Assembly: GCA_015522685.1 (NCBI GenBank)
Contig: WALU01000035.1
Coordinates: 1-64,000 of the forward strand
Reading direction: 5' to 3'
Source: Thermoproteota archaeon
GTDB lineage: Archaea; Korarchaeota; Korarchaeia; Korarchaeales; Korarchaeaceae
Length of the DNA: 64,000 nt
Shown here: piece by piece, positions 28,846 to 38,349 of the stretch
Layout: each line of letters begins with the position of its first letter
Numbering within the stretch: position 1 is the stretch's first letter
Position numbers and translations under genes: made by a program
Notes under the pieces: model-generated
Database searches by the model: none
Told to the model about the DNA's origin: nothing
What the model saw: the letters and a program-made list of their open reading frames with translations, nothing else

Positions 28846-29994
28846 TTGTATGTCAGGCCAGGAATTCACTTAATGCAAGGTGATGAGGCACTAGTAGAAG
28901 GTTCATTGATAGCAGGTTGCCGATTTTTTGCCGGTTATCCCATAACGCCTGCCACAGAAATTGCTGAAAGAATGTCACGTAGGATGCCTCAAGTAGGCGG
29001 GATTTTCATGCAGATGGAAGACGAACTGGCTTCTATAATGGCTATAATAGGAGCTTCTTGGGCTGGAAGGAAGGCTATGACTGCTACTAGCGGACCTGGG
29101 TACTCTTTAATGCAAGAAGGGTTAGGATATGCCATAATTACCGAAGCCCCCATAGTAATAACGGATGTACAGAGAGGTGGCCCTTCAACAGGTCTCGTTA
29201 CTTTACCTTCCCAAGGAGATGTGATGCAGGCGAGATGGGGCAGCCATGGAGATTATGCTATGATAACTCTAGCCCCATCTAGTGCTCAGGATATGTTTAA
29301 TCTTACAATAAAATCTTTCAACTTAGCAGAACAATATAGAAATCCAGTAGTGATACTGGCCGACGAAGTAATTGCTCATGTACGTGAACCTGTAAAGATT
29401 CCTCCTCTTGATGAAATAGAGATTGTAGAAAGGAGAAAACCTGATGTTCCTCCAGAGGAGTATATACCGTATTTACCTAACCCAAGCGAGTGGGTAACTC
29501 CTATGCCAGCCTTTGGTGATGGCTATAATGTATTAGCAGAAAGTGTCATGCATGATGAGTTTGGCCATAGGATAGGAATAAACCATGCTGCAGCGGAGAG
29601 AATGATAAAGAGGTTATACTACAAGATAGAGAAGAACGTTGAGAAGATAGCTATGTATGAGAAGAGATATTTGGATGATAGCGATATAGCAGTAGTATCT
29701 TATGGATCTACTGCTAGGACCGCTTTAAGGGCCGTGAGAGAAGCTAGGAAGCTAGGGATAAAGGTAGGATTAGTTAGACTCATTACGATATGGCCGTTTT
29801 ATGATAAGCTCATTGAAGAAGTTGCCTCCCAAGTTAAAGCCATAATAGTTCCTGAAATGAACATGGGTAAGATAGTTAGGGAAGTTGAAAGAGCTTCAAG
29901 AGGGCAGGCCAAGGTAATATCTGTGCCTAAGGTTGGAGGAGTCCTTCACCATCCAGATGATATTCTGAGTACTATAAAGATGGCTGAGAGATGA
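28846..29994 (+). CDS. korA: 2-oxoacid:ferredoxin oxidoreductase alpha subunit (Kor-like)
   Basis: AGYPITPA, QMEDE, TSGPG, QRGGPSTG, PEMNMG. Confidence 0.88.
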   Translation: MYVRPGIHLMQGDEALVEGSLIAGCRFFAGYPITPATEIAERMSRRMPQVGGIFMQMEDELASIMAIIGASWAGRKAMTATSGPGYSLMQEGLGYAIITEAPIVITDVQRGGPSTGLVTLPSQGDVMQARWGSHGDYAMITLAPSSAQDMFNLTIKSFNLAEQYRNPVVILADEVIAHVREPVKIPPLDEIEIVERRKPDVPPEEYIPYLPNPSEWVTPMPAFGDGYNVLAESVMHDEFGHRIGINHAAAERMIKRLYYKIEKNVEKIAMYEKRYLDDSDIAVVSYGSTARTALRAVREARKLGIKVGLVRLITIWPFYDKLIEEVASQVKAIIVPEMNMGKIVREVERASRGQAKVISVPKVGGVLHHPDDILSTIKMAER

Positions 29995-30842
29995 TTTTTA
30001 TGTTATCTGAAGCCAATTTTGAGCATATTTTGGCTAAGAAGTATATGAGAACCGAGATAATGCCTCATGCCTTCTGCCCAGGATGCGGGCTTGGGATAAT
30101 TGAGAGAATTATTCTAATGGCATTTGAAGAGCTAGGGCAAGAGGAGTGGGAGCATACAGTTTTTGTCTCTGGAGTGGGATGTTCAGGATGGGCTCCTCTC
30201 TACTTCAGGAGAGATGCTGCTCATACGTTGCATGGTAGAGCCTTAGCTTTCGCTACAGCGCTAAAGGTATCAAGACCCAATCTGAATGTAATCGTCGTGA
30301 TGGGAGATGGAGATAGTATGGGAATCGGGGGCAATCATCTTATCCATGCTGCAAGGAGGAATATAAATCTCACAGCGATAATAGCGACAAACATGCTGTA
30401 TTCTCTGACAGGAGGCCAGATGGCCCCAACAACACCTGAGGGAGCTAGAACTCAGACTACTCCCTATGGTAACATAGAGCCAAACTTCAATCTGATGGAA
30501 CTCCTTAAAGCAGCCGGAGCGACTTACTTGGCTAAATGGACAACATATCACTTTATTCAGGCTAAAAATAGTATAAAGAAGGCTATAGAGCATAAAGGAT
30601 TTGCGGCTGTGGAGATAGTTTTTCAATGCCCAACTTTCGCTGGTAGGTATATTCTGGGTAAGCCGGATCCTAGAGATATGATGCAATGGCTCAAGGAGAA
30701 CTCAATACCTCTAAGTGCAGCTAAAAACAAGAGTCCAGAGGAACTAAAGAGAAAGATAGTTATCGGGGAGTATCTTCATAGGACAGATAGAAAAGAGTAC
30801 ACTGAAAGGCTCAAGGAATTAGAGGAGAAAGCTAGGAGGTGA
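29991..30842 (+). CDS. korB: 2-oxoacid:ferredoxin oxidoreductase beta subunit
   Basis: CPGCG, GVGCS, LHGRA, GDGD TPP motif, TGGQMAPT. Confidence 0.88.
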   Translation: MIFMLSEANFEHILAKKYMRTEIMPHAFCPGCGLGIIERIILMAFEELGQEEWEHTVFVSGVGCSGWAPLYFRRDAAHTLHGRALAFATALKVSRPNLNVIVVMGDGDSMGIGGNHLIHAARRNINLTAIIATNMLYSLTGGQMAPTTPEGARTQTTPYGNIEPNFNLMELLKAAGATYLAKWTTYHFIQAKNSIKKAIEHKGFAAVEIVFQCPTFAGRYILGKPDPRDMMQWLKENSIPLSAAKNKSPEELKRKIVIGEYLHRTDRKEYTERLKELEEKARR

Positions 30843-31186
30843 TTGATATAGCTTCTCCCGTTAAGGTTCGGCAGATAGCGGTCAGCGATAAGCTATGCAA
30901 GGGATGTTACCTTTGCATATGGGCATGCCCTTGGGATGTGTTTGAGATAAGTAAAGAGAGAAATTGGAGAGGAGTAAAGAAACCAGTAGCAGTAAGAATA
31001 GAGCAGTGTAGGGCATGCAGATTATGTGAATGGTACTGTCCAGATTTCGCTCTACAAGTAATAGTCAGTGAGGAGGAAGAGAAGAGGATCAAGGAGGTTG
31101 AGGAGAAGTACGAGAAGCCATGGTTTGATAGACTGAAGAAAAGAGATAAAATCATTAGTAAGGGAGTGTGGTGGCTTGAGGATTGA
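30839..31186 (+). CDS. korD: 2x[4Fe-4S] ferredoxin (delta) subunit
   Basis: CKGCYLC...CP and CRACRLC...CPD. Confidence 0.85.
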   Translation: MIDIASPVKVRQIAVSDKLCKGCYLCIWACPWDVFEISKERNWRGVKKPVAVRIEQCRACRLCEWYCPDFALQVIVSEEEEKRIKEVEEKYEKPWFDRLKKRDKIISKGVWWLED

Positions 31187-31736
31187 AGTGATGCTATCTG
31201 GGTTTGGAGGACAGGGTATTGTACTATCTGGTGCAGTTTTATCGCAAGCATCTGTATTAAGCAATTATTATGCTGCTGCTACCTATACATATGGGCCAGA
31301 AGCTAGGTTAGGATCAACTAGATCTGAGGTAGTGATCTCCGATGAGGAAATTGATTATCCTAAGGTAATAAATCCTGACTTCTGGATAGTTTTGAATCAG
31401 ATGTCTCTAAATACATTCTCAAAGAGATATCCTCTTAACGAGACTGTAATTCTAGCTAACTCTTCAATGATAAAGTATTTTGATCCCGTTGAAGGAAAGG
31501 TTAGATCTATTTATAAGATCCCTGCTACGGACGAGGCAGAGAGATTAGGAAATAGGCTAGTCGCTAATATGCTTATGTTAGGAGTCTTCGTTACAGTAAC
31601 TGGTATGATTCTAATAGAAAATCTGAAGAAGACAATAAAGATGATGGTAAAGCCTCAATTCATAGAGCTTAACTTAAAGGCCGTAGATAGAGGGCAGGAG
31701 ATAGGTAAATCTATCTTGAAGGGAGTAAAGGTTTAA
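31176..31736 (+). CDS. korC: 2-oxoacid:ferredoxin oxidoreductase gamma subunit
   Basis: SGFGGQG, YGPEARLG, NMLMLG. Confidence 0.88.
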   Translation: MRIEVMLSGFGGQGIVLSGAVLSQASVLSNYYAAATYTYGPEARLGSTRSEVVISDEEIDYPKVINPDFWIVLNQMSLNTFSKRYPLNETVILANSSMIKYFDPVEGKVRSIYKIPATDEAERLGNRLVANMLMLGVFVTVTGMILIENLKKTIKMMVKPQFIELNLKAVDRGQEIGKSILKGVKV

Positions 31737-31755
31737 GCTCACCTCCTTCCTTTTT

Positions 31756-31832
31756 CTCCTAGAGAACCATGAGGAGTATTCAGCGAAAGGGTAGATATAA
31801 CTCAGAAAATGGTCAGCTGAGCCCTCTGGGAG
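31756..31832 (+). ncRNA. Candidate box C/D sRNA
   Basis: Terminal stem CTCCTAGAG/CTCTGGGAG, box C-like ATGAGGA 31769-75, box D CTGA 31817-20; internal C'/D' unclear. Confidence 0.4.
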
Positions 31833-31841
31833 GATGATTAC

Positions 31842-32549
31842 TTGCTTCCGCTTAAAGATGAGAACCCTAGTCCTATAACTCCATGGGTTAACTATATACT
31901 TATACTCACTAATACTCTAATTTTTCTTTTAGAAGTACTCAGTGGACCAGAAGGTTTTCAGCAAATAATAATGAATTACGGCTTCATATCATCCTTAGTC
32001 ATGGAGAATCCTTCTTCTAATCTATACAGAATGCTTACATCAATGTTTCTCCACGGTGGGTGGCTTCATCTTCTTGGTAATATGTTATATCTCTACATAT
32101 TTGGAGATAATGTAGAAGCTGCCTTTGGCCATGTTAAGTACCTTTTCTTCTACCTCATCTCAGGTACAGCTGCAAATCTTATGCACATGTTCATCCTTCC
32201 AATATTCGGCATACCCACTAACATTCCAGCCATAGGTGCGTCCGGAGCCATAAGTGGGGTTTTAGGAGCTTACTTCATATTCTATCCTAGAGCTAGGATC
32301 CTGACCGCTTTAATGATATGGTACTTCATAACAGTTGAACCGATACCTGCTAAATATTACATACTATTTTGGTTCTTCTGGCAGCTAATACCGGGATTAT
32401 TGGCAGGAGAATCAACTGGTATCGCATACTGGGCTCATATTGGAGGGTTCATAGCAGGTCTAATAATAGCGTATCCTTATAGGCATAAGGTACGTTATCT
32501 TAGGAGGCTCTGGATGATGGGAGATTATTACCATGGAAACATGTGGTAG
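31842..32549 (+). CDS. Rhomboid intramembrane serine protease
   Basis: SMFLHGGWLHLLGNM, GASGA, AYWAHIGGF. Confidence 0.92.
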   Translation: MLPLKDENPSPITPWVNYILILTNTLIFLLEVLSGPEGFQQIIMNYGFISSLVMENPSSNLYRMLTSMFLHGGWLHLLGNMLYLYIFGDNVEAAFGHVKYLFFYLISGTAANLMHMFILPIFGIPTNIPAIGASGAISGVLGAYFIFYPRARILTALMIWYFITVEPIPAKYYILFWFFWQLIPGLLAGESTGIAYWAHIGGFIAGLIIAYPYRHKVRYLRRLWMMGDYYHGNMW

Positions 32550-33144
32550 TGCAAGAGATCTGGCAGAAATTATGAAAATCGCTTATGAAAGGAAAATTAC
32601 TACAGGTGCAGGTGGAAATGCAAGCTTAAAAACAGACTACGGCATCTTCATAACCCCCTCAGGCAAGTTTAAAGGAAAATTGGAGGAAGAGGATATAATA
32701 CTAATTAACAAAAACGGTGAAGTCCTAAGGGGAAGAGGAAAGCCTAGTTCAGAGTGGAAAATGCATATTCTAATATATGAGAAAAGAGAGGATGCTAAGG
32801 CAGTCTTACATTGCCATCCTTCCATTGTAACGGGGCTAACTAATGCTGGTATAATCCCGACTCCTGCCGAACTTGATAGAATTGGTGCATGGACCGAAGA
32901 AAGTTATCTGTTGTTAGGATCAGAGGTTAAGGTAATAGACAGAAGACCCTTTGGTACGCTGGAGCTAGCTAATGCCGTTTCAGATGCATTAGCTAGTGGG
33001 AACTCTAATGCTGTAGTTATAAGAGGACATGGAGCAGTAACAGTGAATTCAGATCCATGGTCCGTCCTTTCCGCTATGGACTCTTTAGTTGAGCTCTATA
33101 CAATTAACTTTCTTATGTGGCTTTCAGAGAGGCTCTCCCAATAA
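32533..33144 (+). CDS. Class II aldolase/adducin family protein
   Basis: GGNAS, ITPSG, PSSEWKMH, LHCHP, RGHG. Confidence 0.88.
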   Translation: METCGSARDLAEIMKIAYERKITTGAGGNASLKTDYGIFITPSGKFKGKLEEEDIILINKNGEVLRGRGKPSSEWKMHILIYEKREDAKAVLHCHPSIVTGLTNAGIIPTPAELDRIGAWTEESYLLLGSEVKVIDRRPFGTLELANAVSDALASGNSNAVVIRGHGAVTVNSDPWSVLSAMDSLVELYTINFLMWLSERLSQ

Positions 33145-34507
33145 TCCATGGTCTTCCAATGCCTACATATGCTTTGCCTTCCGGTATTGAATCTACTTCT
33201 ATCACATGCCTCCCATCCACGACTAATGATAAATCTCGGCCTATTTCTAGGAACTCTGTGAGTGACATCCTGTAGGCAGAATGATCGGTTGATATTACTG
33301 CTATGTTAGCCCCTTCTAAGGACTCCCTAAGGTCATTTGTTAATGCAACTCCTAAGAATGAAAGTTCCTCATCATATCTTATTATAGGATCATGAACCTC
33401 TTTCACTTTCATCTGGGCACCAGATAGTATTTTAACAAGATCATATGTAGGAGATAGCCTTGAATCCGCAATATCTCCTCTGAAAGCAAGGCCTAAAATC
33501 GTTATTACTGGATTAGTTATTCCTAATTTTTTGCATCCCTCCTTTACAAGATTGGCTACCCTCTTTGGCATGCCCTCATTTAGCTCTCTAGCAACCTTTG
33601 TCAGGTTAAGGTCTATTCCAATTGAAGCGGCCCTCCACATGAGAAATCTGGAGTATATAGGTATGCATAGGCCTCCAACACCAGTTCCCGGTTTATGAAG
33701 ATGAGAATATGGCTGGCTATTGGCTGCTTGTCGAACCTCGTCGTAATCTATTCCCATCTTCCTAGAGAGTTCTGCTAGCTCATTGGCTAAAGCTATGTTC
33801 ACGTCCCTATAAACTCCTTCGGCTAATTTTTCAAACTCAGCTACGAGTTCATTAGATACTCTTAATACACCTTTCTTAACGATAAGTGAATAGAGTGTTG
33901 CTGCTACTTTCGCGCTTCTTTCATCAATCCCACCTATTGTCTTGGGATATGACTCTACTATATCCCTTAGAGCTCTCCCCTCAGATATTCTCTCAGGGCT
34001 ATAGGCTAGTCCAAAGTCTCTACCAGCCTTTAGACCACTGCTCTCCAAGATTGGTTTGAGAATACTTCTAGTTGTGCCAGGCGGAACACTGCTCTCCAAG
34101 ATTACTAGATCTCCCTTCTTGAGTCCCATCGCTATGGATTTAGCTGCTGATTCTACTGCGCTTAAATCAGGTCCCCTATTTTCTCTAATTAGAGTTGATA
34201 CTGCTATTATTTTAACATCTGATTCTTTTGATGCCTTAATTCCATCAGTAGTGACTTCTAGCCTGCCATCCCCTTTAGCTACTCTGAATACATCTTCAAG
34301 ACAAGGCTCATCTACTGGAGATCTTCCTTTCATAAGCTTCTCCACTTTCTCATTGTCTATGTCTACCCCTATCCCTCTAATACCAGCTGAAAGCCATGCC
34401 GCCAAAATAGAGGAGCCAACAAAGCCCAGTCCATAAACCGAGACTACTATCTTCCTATTACGGAACAACTTCTTTATCTCATTTTCTTCTCTAAATATGA
34501 GTTCCAT
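33113..34507 (-). CDS. Nucleotide-sugar dehydrogenase (UDP-ManNAc/GlcNAc dehydrogenase family)
   Basis: GLGFVG, ESSVPPGTT, YSPER, RDVNIALANE, GVGGLCIP, GLAFR. Confidence 0.9.
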   Translation of the reverse strand: MELIFREENEIKKLFRNRKIVVSVYGLGFVGSSILAAWLSAGIRGIGVDIDNEKVEKLMKGRSPVDEPCLEDVFRVAKGDGRLEVTTDGIKASKESDVKIIAVSTLIRENRGPDLSAVESAAKSIAMGLKKGDLVILESSVPPGTTRSILKPILESSGLKAGRDFGLAYSPERISEGRALRDIVESYPKTIGGIDERSAKVAATLYSLIVKKGVLRVSNELVAEFEKLAEGVYRDVNIALANELAELSRKMGIDYDEVRQAANSQPYSHLHKPGTGVGGLCIPIYSRFLMWRAASIGIDLNLTKVARELNEGMPKRVANLVKEGCKKLGITNPVITILGLAFRGDIADSRLSPTYDLVKILSGAQMKVKEVHDPIIRYDEELSFLGVALTNDLRESLEGANIAVISTDHSAYRMSLTEFLEIGRDLSLVVDGRHVIEVDSIPEGKAYVGIGRPWIIGRASLKAT

Positions 34508-34565
34508 CTTCGATCTTAAGTTGAAATTATTATTTACTTTAAAGTAGATAGGATGGTGAGACCAA

Positions 34566-35290
34566 ATGAAGATGCTTAACTACCAACATACTCAGCATGG
34601 ATGAAGTATTTAATAGCAGGATACCTTAGAGAAATGCTATTTTGCTTTCAGGAGGACCTGAAACAGGTAAGACTATATTTAAATTGTAATTTCTCCATTC
34701 TTTAATCAATTGAAGCGAAAATTTGGTCTATATAGCCCTAGAAGAGCACTCAATTCAAGCTAGGATAAACATGTCTGCCTTTAGTTGAGATCCCAAGCCT
34801 TATGATAAGCAGAGCAAGTCAGCATTATAGATACTATACCGGGGGATAGGAGGAGCTGCTAAGAGAGAAGTACATGGCAACAGATCCAGGAGATACTTAT
34901 AGCTTAATTAATGAAATAAAAGATATGATGGATGATATAAATATCATCAAGTTGCCAATGGACCCTGTCACTATACCCCTAATGAGGACAGTAGTAGCTA
35001 TGAAAACTGTTTTACTTCTGAAGAAGGGTCTCTCAGGAACTGGAACCACTTCAATTCTTATAAGCCAAGTGGAAGTTGTAAATAGAAGGTTTGGGAGAGC
35101 TCGAGGTAAAAGTATGTCATAGGCGGTACTATAAGGCTAGATATTGACGAGCAGGATGTGAACTTGCCAGAAGCTTAATAATTTAGATAATGGAGGGAAC
35201 TGCGCACTCAATAAGAAGGCATCCCTTTGAAATTACGAATAATGGAATAGTAGTGTACTCGGATAAGGTAGTTAAAAGGAGGGAGCATTA
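34566..35290 (+). pseudogene. KaiC-domain ATPase (PH0284-like) pseudogene
   Basis: Hand translation: [85 protein letters not shown]; several stops and frameshifts; end approximate. Confidence 0.85.
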
Positions 35291-35362
35291 TTTTAGAGGA
35301 GTGAACTGCAGTTACAGAGGTGACCGCTGATAGGGTCCTTAAAAAATCGCATAAAATCTTCA

Positions 35363-36160
35363 TTGGATCACTATATTGATAGAGCTATGATTGCCGTTAA
35401 TGATATTTTAGAGAAAGAATCAAATACACCATTCTATTATCCCTTAAAGGAATTCTTAGGGGGAGGAAAGAAGGTTAGACCGGCATTATTACTCCTTGTA
35501 TACGATGCATGTGGAGGTAATACTGAGGATCCCAATCCTGCCGCATCAGCAATCGAACTGATACATACAGCTTCCTTGATACATGATGATTTGATCGATA
35601 AGAGCTGCCTGAGGAGGGGAGAAAATTCATTCCACGTGAAATATGGTCTTGAAATGTCAATCCTAGTTGCTGACTTCATACTCTCCTTAGTTCTGGATAT
35701 AGCCAACGGATACAGTAACAGGAGAGTAGGGGAGATACTTGCTAATACCTCAAAGAGGATGTCTGTGGGAGAGATGATGGAAGTCCAGGCTTTAAGGGAG
35801 AGCAAAGCATTATCTCTTGATATATACTTAGAAATTTTAAAACTTAAAACAGCGGTTTTATTCGAAGCAGCATCCTCATTAGGTGCTGTAATTGCCGGCA
35901 AATCCGATTTAGAGAAAGATTTAGGTCTTTATGGCTTGTATTTAGGTGCAGCATATCAAATAAAAGATGATTTACTAGATTGGGAGAATCAGGGGGAGCT
36001 GACATCCCTTCTCGAAGGAGAGGAAGTACCTGAACTTCTGGAGGGCATAGCTGCCAATTTGGCGGAGGAGGCAATAGATAAACTAGAAGTTCTCCAAGAC
36101 TCCCCTCAAAAAAAATTGCTAAGAGATATTGCCCTTTTCTCAATAAATAGGGAAGGGTAG
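35363..36160 (+). CDS. Polyprenyl diphosphate synthase (GGPP synthase-like)
   Basis: GGKKVRP, ASLIHDDLID...RRG, KTA, YQIKDDLLD. Confidence 0.9.
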   Translation: MDHYIDRAMIAVNDILEKESNTPFYYPLKEFLGGGKKVRPALLLLVYDACGGNTEDPNPAASAIELIHTASLIHDDLIDKSCLRRGENSFHVKYGLEMSILVADFILSLVLDIANGYSNRRVGEILANTSKRMSVGEMMEVQALRESKALSLDIYLEILKLKTAVLFEAASSLGAVIAGKSDLEKDLGLYGLYLGAAYQIKDDLLDWENQGELTSLLEGEEVPELLEGIAANLAEEAIDKLEVLQDSPQKKLLRDIALFSINREG

Positions 36161-36162
36161 AC

Positions 36163-36915
36163 TTATAGTATAGAGATAAGTTGGTAAAGTGAAGGAGCTA
36201 TAATAATAAGCCATGTTAGTAAAGCAGCGACTAGCGATCTGCTCCTGTCCATCCCAAATCCCTGCTTACATGCAGAATATACTATAGCTAATGTCCATAT
36301 AGATATGAGAATGTTCAATGTAGATTGTTGGGATACTATCTCTGTAGGTAGTCCAGCCCCTTCAAAAGACCCTCGTTGAGGTGTAATTCTTATAGTCCAA
36401 GTAATAGGAGGCATGATTAGGCCTAACCCGAATAGAAGCATCCCATAGAGAATGGAGGGTATATTGCTCAGACCCACCATCATGAGGGCTGGAGAATATT
36501 TGCCTGAACTCGCAAGTAATTTGACTAGAATGAAGAGTATGAATGCTGTTACAGCTTGAAAGAACAGACTTGAGATAAAGGATTCTAGGAATAGTATGAT
36601 CGGATTTTTAACGAATAGATCCATCATTCCTTTCACTACTCTAGCAGTTTCCTCAGGTATGCTCTCCCCTACACTCACCTCTATATTCAGATTTCTTAGT
36701 ATAGAATAGCTTCCTATCGTCGTGAATATAGAACTTATAAGGAGAATTATTAGCCAATATTTCAATTTTGGATTAATATATATCCCTTTGAAAACTTTAG
36801 AGCTAAATCTCAGTGGCTGAAGCATATAGTCCTTAAATGAGTAAGGTATTTCCTCTGGAGGCTCTTCCTCTATTTCGAAACTCATAGAAATTCCCCCCTC
36901 ACTACCATTTGCCAT
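36163..36915 (-). CDS. Yip1-family membrane protein
   Basis: 'LLxP..F..I' N-terminus and five TM segments ending in '..GFGMDRSRSLVAALL'. Confidence 0.6.
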   Translation of the reverse strand: MANGSEGGISMSFEIEEEPPEEIPYSFKDYMLQPLRFSSKVFKGIYINPKLKYWLIILLISSIFTTIGSYSILRNLNIEVSVGESIPEETARVVKGMMDLFVKNPIILFLESFISSLFFQAVTAFILFILVKLLASSGKYSPALMMVGLSNIPSILYGMLLFGLGLIMPPITWTIRITPQRGSFEGAGLPTEIVSQQSTLNILISIWTLAIVYSACKQGFGMDRSRSLVAALLTWLIIIAPSLYQLISIL

Positions 36916-36954
36916 GGACTACATAGTTAAATTTACTATTTAAGAATAAAAGGT

Positions 36955-37033
36955 TGGTCCATGCAATGAGGAGAGCGAACATCAACGAATCCCCATGGAG
37001 ATGAAGTTCCCAGCTCACACCGAGCGTGGACCA
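36955..37033 (+). ncRNA. Box C/D dual-guide sRNA, predicted to target the 23S rRNA peptidyl-transferase region
   Basis: 10-bp terminal stem TGGTCCATGC/GCGTGGACCA; C ATGAGGA, D' ACGA, C' GAGATGA, D CCGA; guides GCGAACA and CCCAGCTCAC complementary to conserved 23S UGUUCGC and GUGAGCUGGG; T-rich tract downstream. Confidence 0.75.
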
Positions 37034-37136
37034 TTCTTTTCATGGGTAGATCATATTTGAAGCCTCATTATTATATCTGAGAATTGCTTCTATCAAGGAC
37101 CAATTTTATTAATGCATAGTACTCTCGGTTTCTTGA

Positions 37137-37245
37137 GCCGGGGTAGCTCAGCATGGTTAGAGCATCGGACTCATAAGCGAGTCAGGGGCTCACGGTGCTC
37201 TGCTGGGAAATCCGGGGGTCCCGGGTTCAAATCCCGGCCCCGGCA
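37137..37245 (+). tRNA. tRNA-Met(CAU), elongator, with 34-nt intron at 37/38 (37176-37209)
   Basis: GCCGGGG/CCCCGGC acceptor; TCGGA-CT-CAT-A[intron]A-TCCGG; bulge-helix-bulge CTCA/TGGG with TAA and AAA bulges. Confidence 0.92.
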
Positions 37246-37257
37246 CTAATTATATAG

Positions 37258-37720
37258 TCATTCATACAATATTAGAGACATATCTCTTTTCTTTGCTTTC
37301 CTTCTCAGCTTTTCATCAAATGTTGCAATGAGAATAGCCTTGCTCATCCACCATTAGTAATATCAACTCATTTTCCCAATCCAAAGATCTTTTATCATAA
37401 GAGAATCAATTATATCCTCTAAAGAGCTGTGAAGGATTCGAGTCCTCTTATCTAGAGTGTATCTTAGCAAGATATCCCTCGATTCTTTCGCCCCTAAACC
37501 TATCCCTCTACTAAACCAGGATAGTTTTATTATGGTGTATGAAGGATATTATCCATGTTTTCAGAGAACTAGGAACTCTCCTAACCATTTTATGCTCTTT
37601 GGAATCTTCAAAGTATGCATATATCAGCACATTAGTATCTATGATAGTTCTCCTTGATTTCAGATAACTCTCCTTTATATAACCATCTATTTCTTCTAGC
37701 GAAAGTTTTTACTGATTTTG
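37258..37720 (-). pseudogene. VapC/PIN toxin pseudogene with probable antitoxin tail
   Basis: IIDTNVLIYAYFEDSKEH ... IATFDEKLRRKAKK; about three frameshifts; upstream 'KLSLEEIDGYIKESY' resembles an antitoxin C-terminus; 5' boundary approximate. Confidence 0.8.
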
Positions 37721-37874
37721 AAAGAGGATCATATTTTTATAGGATTTAATAGTATTGAATTGGACTATTTTTATATAGGTTCATCAAACATGCCTATAAG
37801 GGATGTATCTGTCGAGAATCTTCAGATACTTTCCGCGAATTAAGATTTTCTCGTCAGATAGTACCTTCTATAGA

Positions 37875-37948
37875 TGGGGCCGCCGGGATTTGAACCCGGG
37901 ACCTCCGGCTCCCAAGACCGGCATCCTACCAAGCTAGACCACGGCCCC
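37875..37948 (-). tRNA. tRNA-Pro(UGG)
   Basis: Reverse complement GGGGCCGTGGTCTAGCTTGGTAGGATGCCGGTCTTGGGAGCCGGAGGTCCCGGGTTCAAATCCCGGCGGCCCCA. Confidence 0.95.
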
Positions 37949-37980
37949 CTACTTGATAGTATAAGCTATAGATAAAATTT

Positions 37981-38349
37981 TCATGGTTCAGATGCTTTAG
38001 TAATTCCGCACTTTAGTCCCGAGACAATGCCCTTATCAAACAGTATGGAGACCTTAGCTTTATTGCTTGTAACACCTAGATCAACTAAAAAATTATCCCC
38101 TTGTCTCAAAGTAATATCTAATCTCTTTACAAGCAGTATTTCATCTCCCTTCGTAATGCTCACATAGAATATCTTGGTCACATCTCCATAGCTAGTTAGT
38201 TTAAGGAAAGCTCTGTCGTCCTTGCAGATGAGTGAGGCTTTAAGGTTGGATTTAATTCTTGAGATGGAGTAATATGAGAGAATTATTGCGAAAAATGCTG
38301 CTGCAAGTAGCACTGATAGCATCAATATACCCTTACTTTCTACCTTCAT
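37981..38349 (-). CDS. Small membrane-anchored protein, possible type IV pilin-like
   Basis: MKVESKG|ILMLSVLLAAAFFAIIL class III-like signal followed by a beta-rich domain. Confidence 0.5.
   Translation of the reverse strand: MKVESKGILMLSVLLAAAFFAIILSYYSISRIKSNLKASLICKDDRAFLKLTSYGDVTKIFYVSITKGDEILLVKRLDITLRQGDNFLVDLGVTSNKAKVSILFDKGIVSGLKCGITKASEP

Noticed and set aside
34566-34620. ATGAAGA...GGATGA pattern resembling a C/D sRNA
   Set aside because: Explained by the 5' end of the KaiC-like pseudogene.
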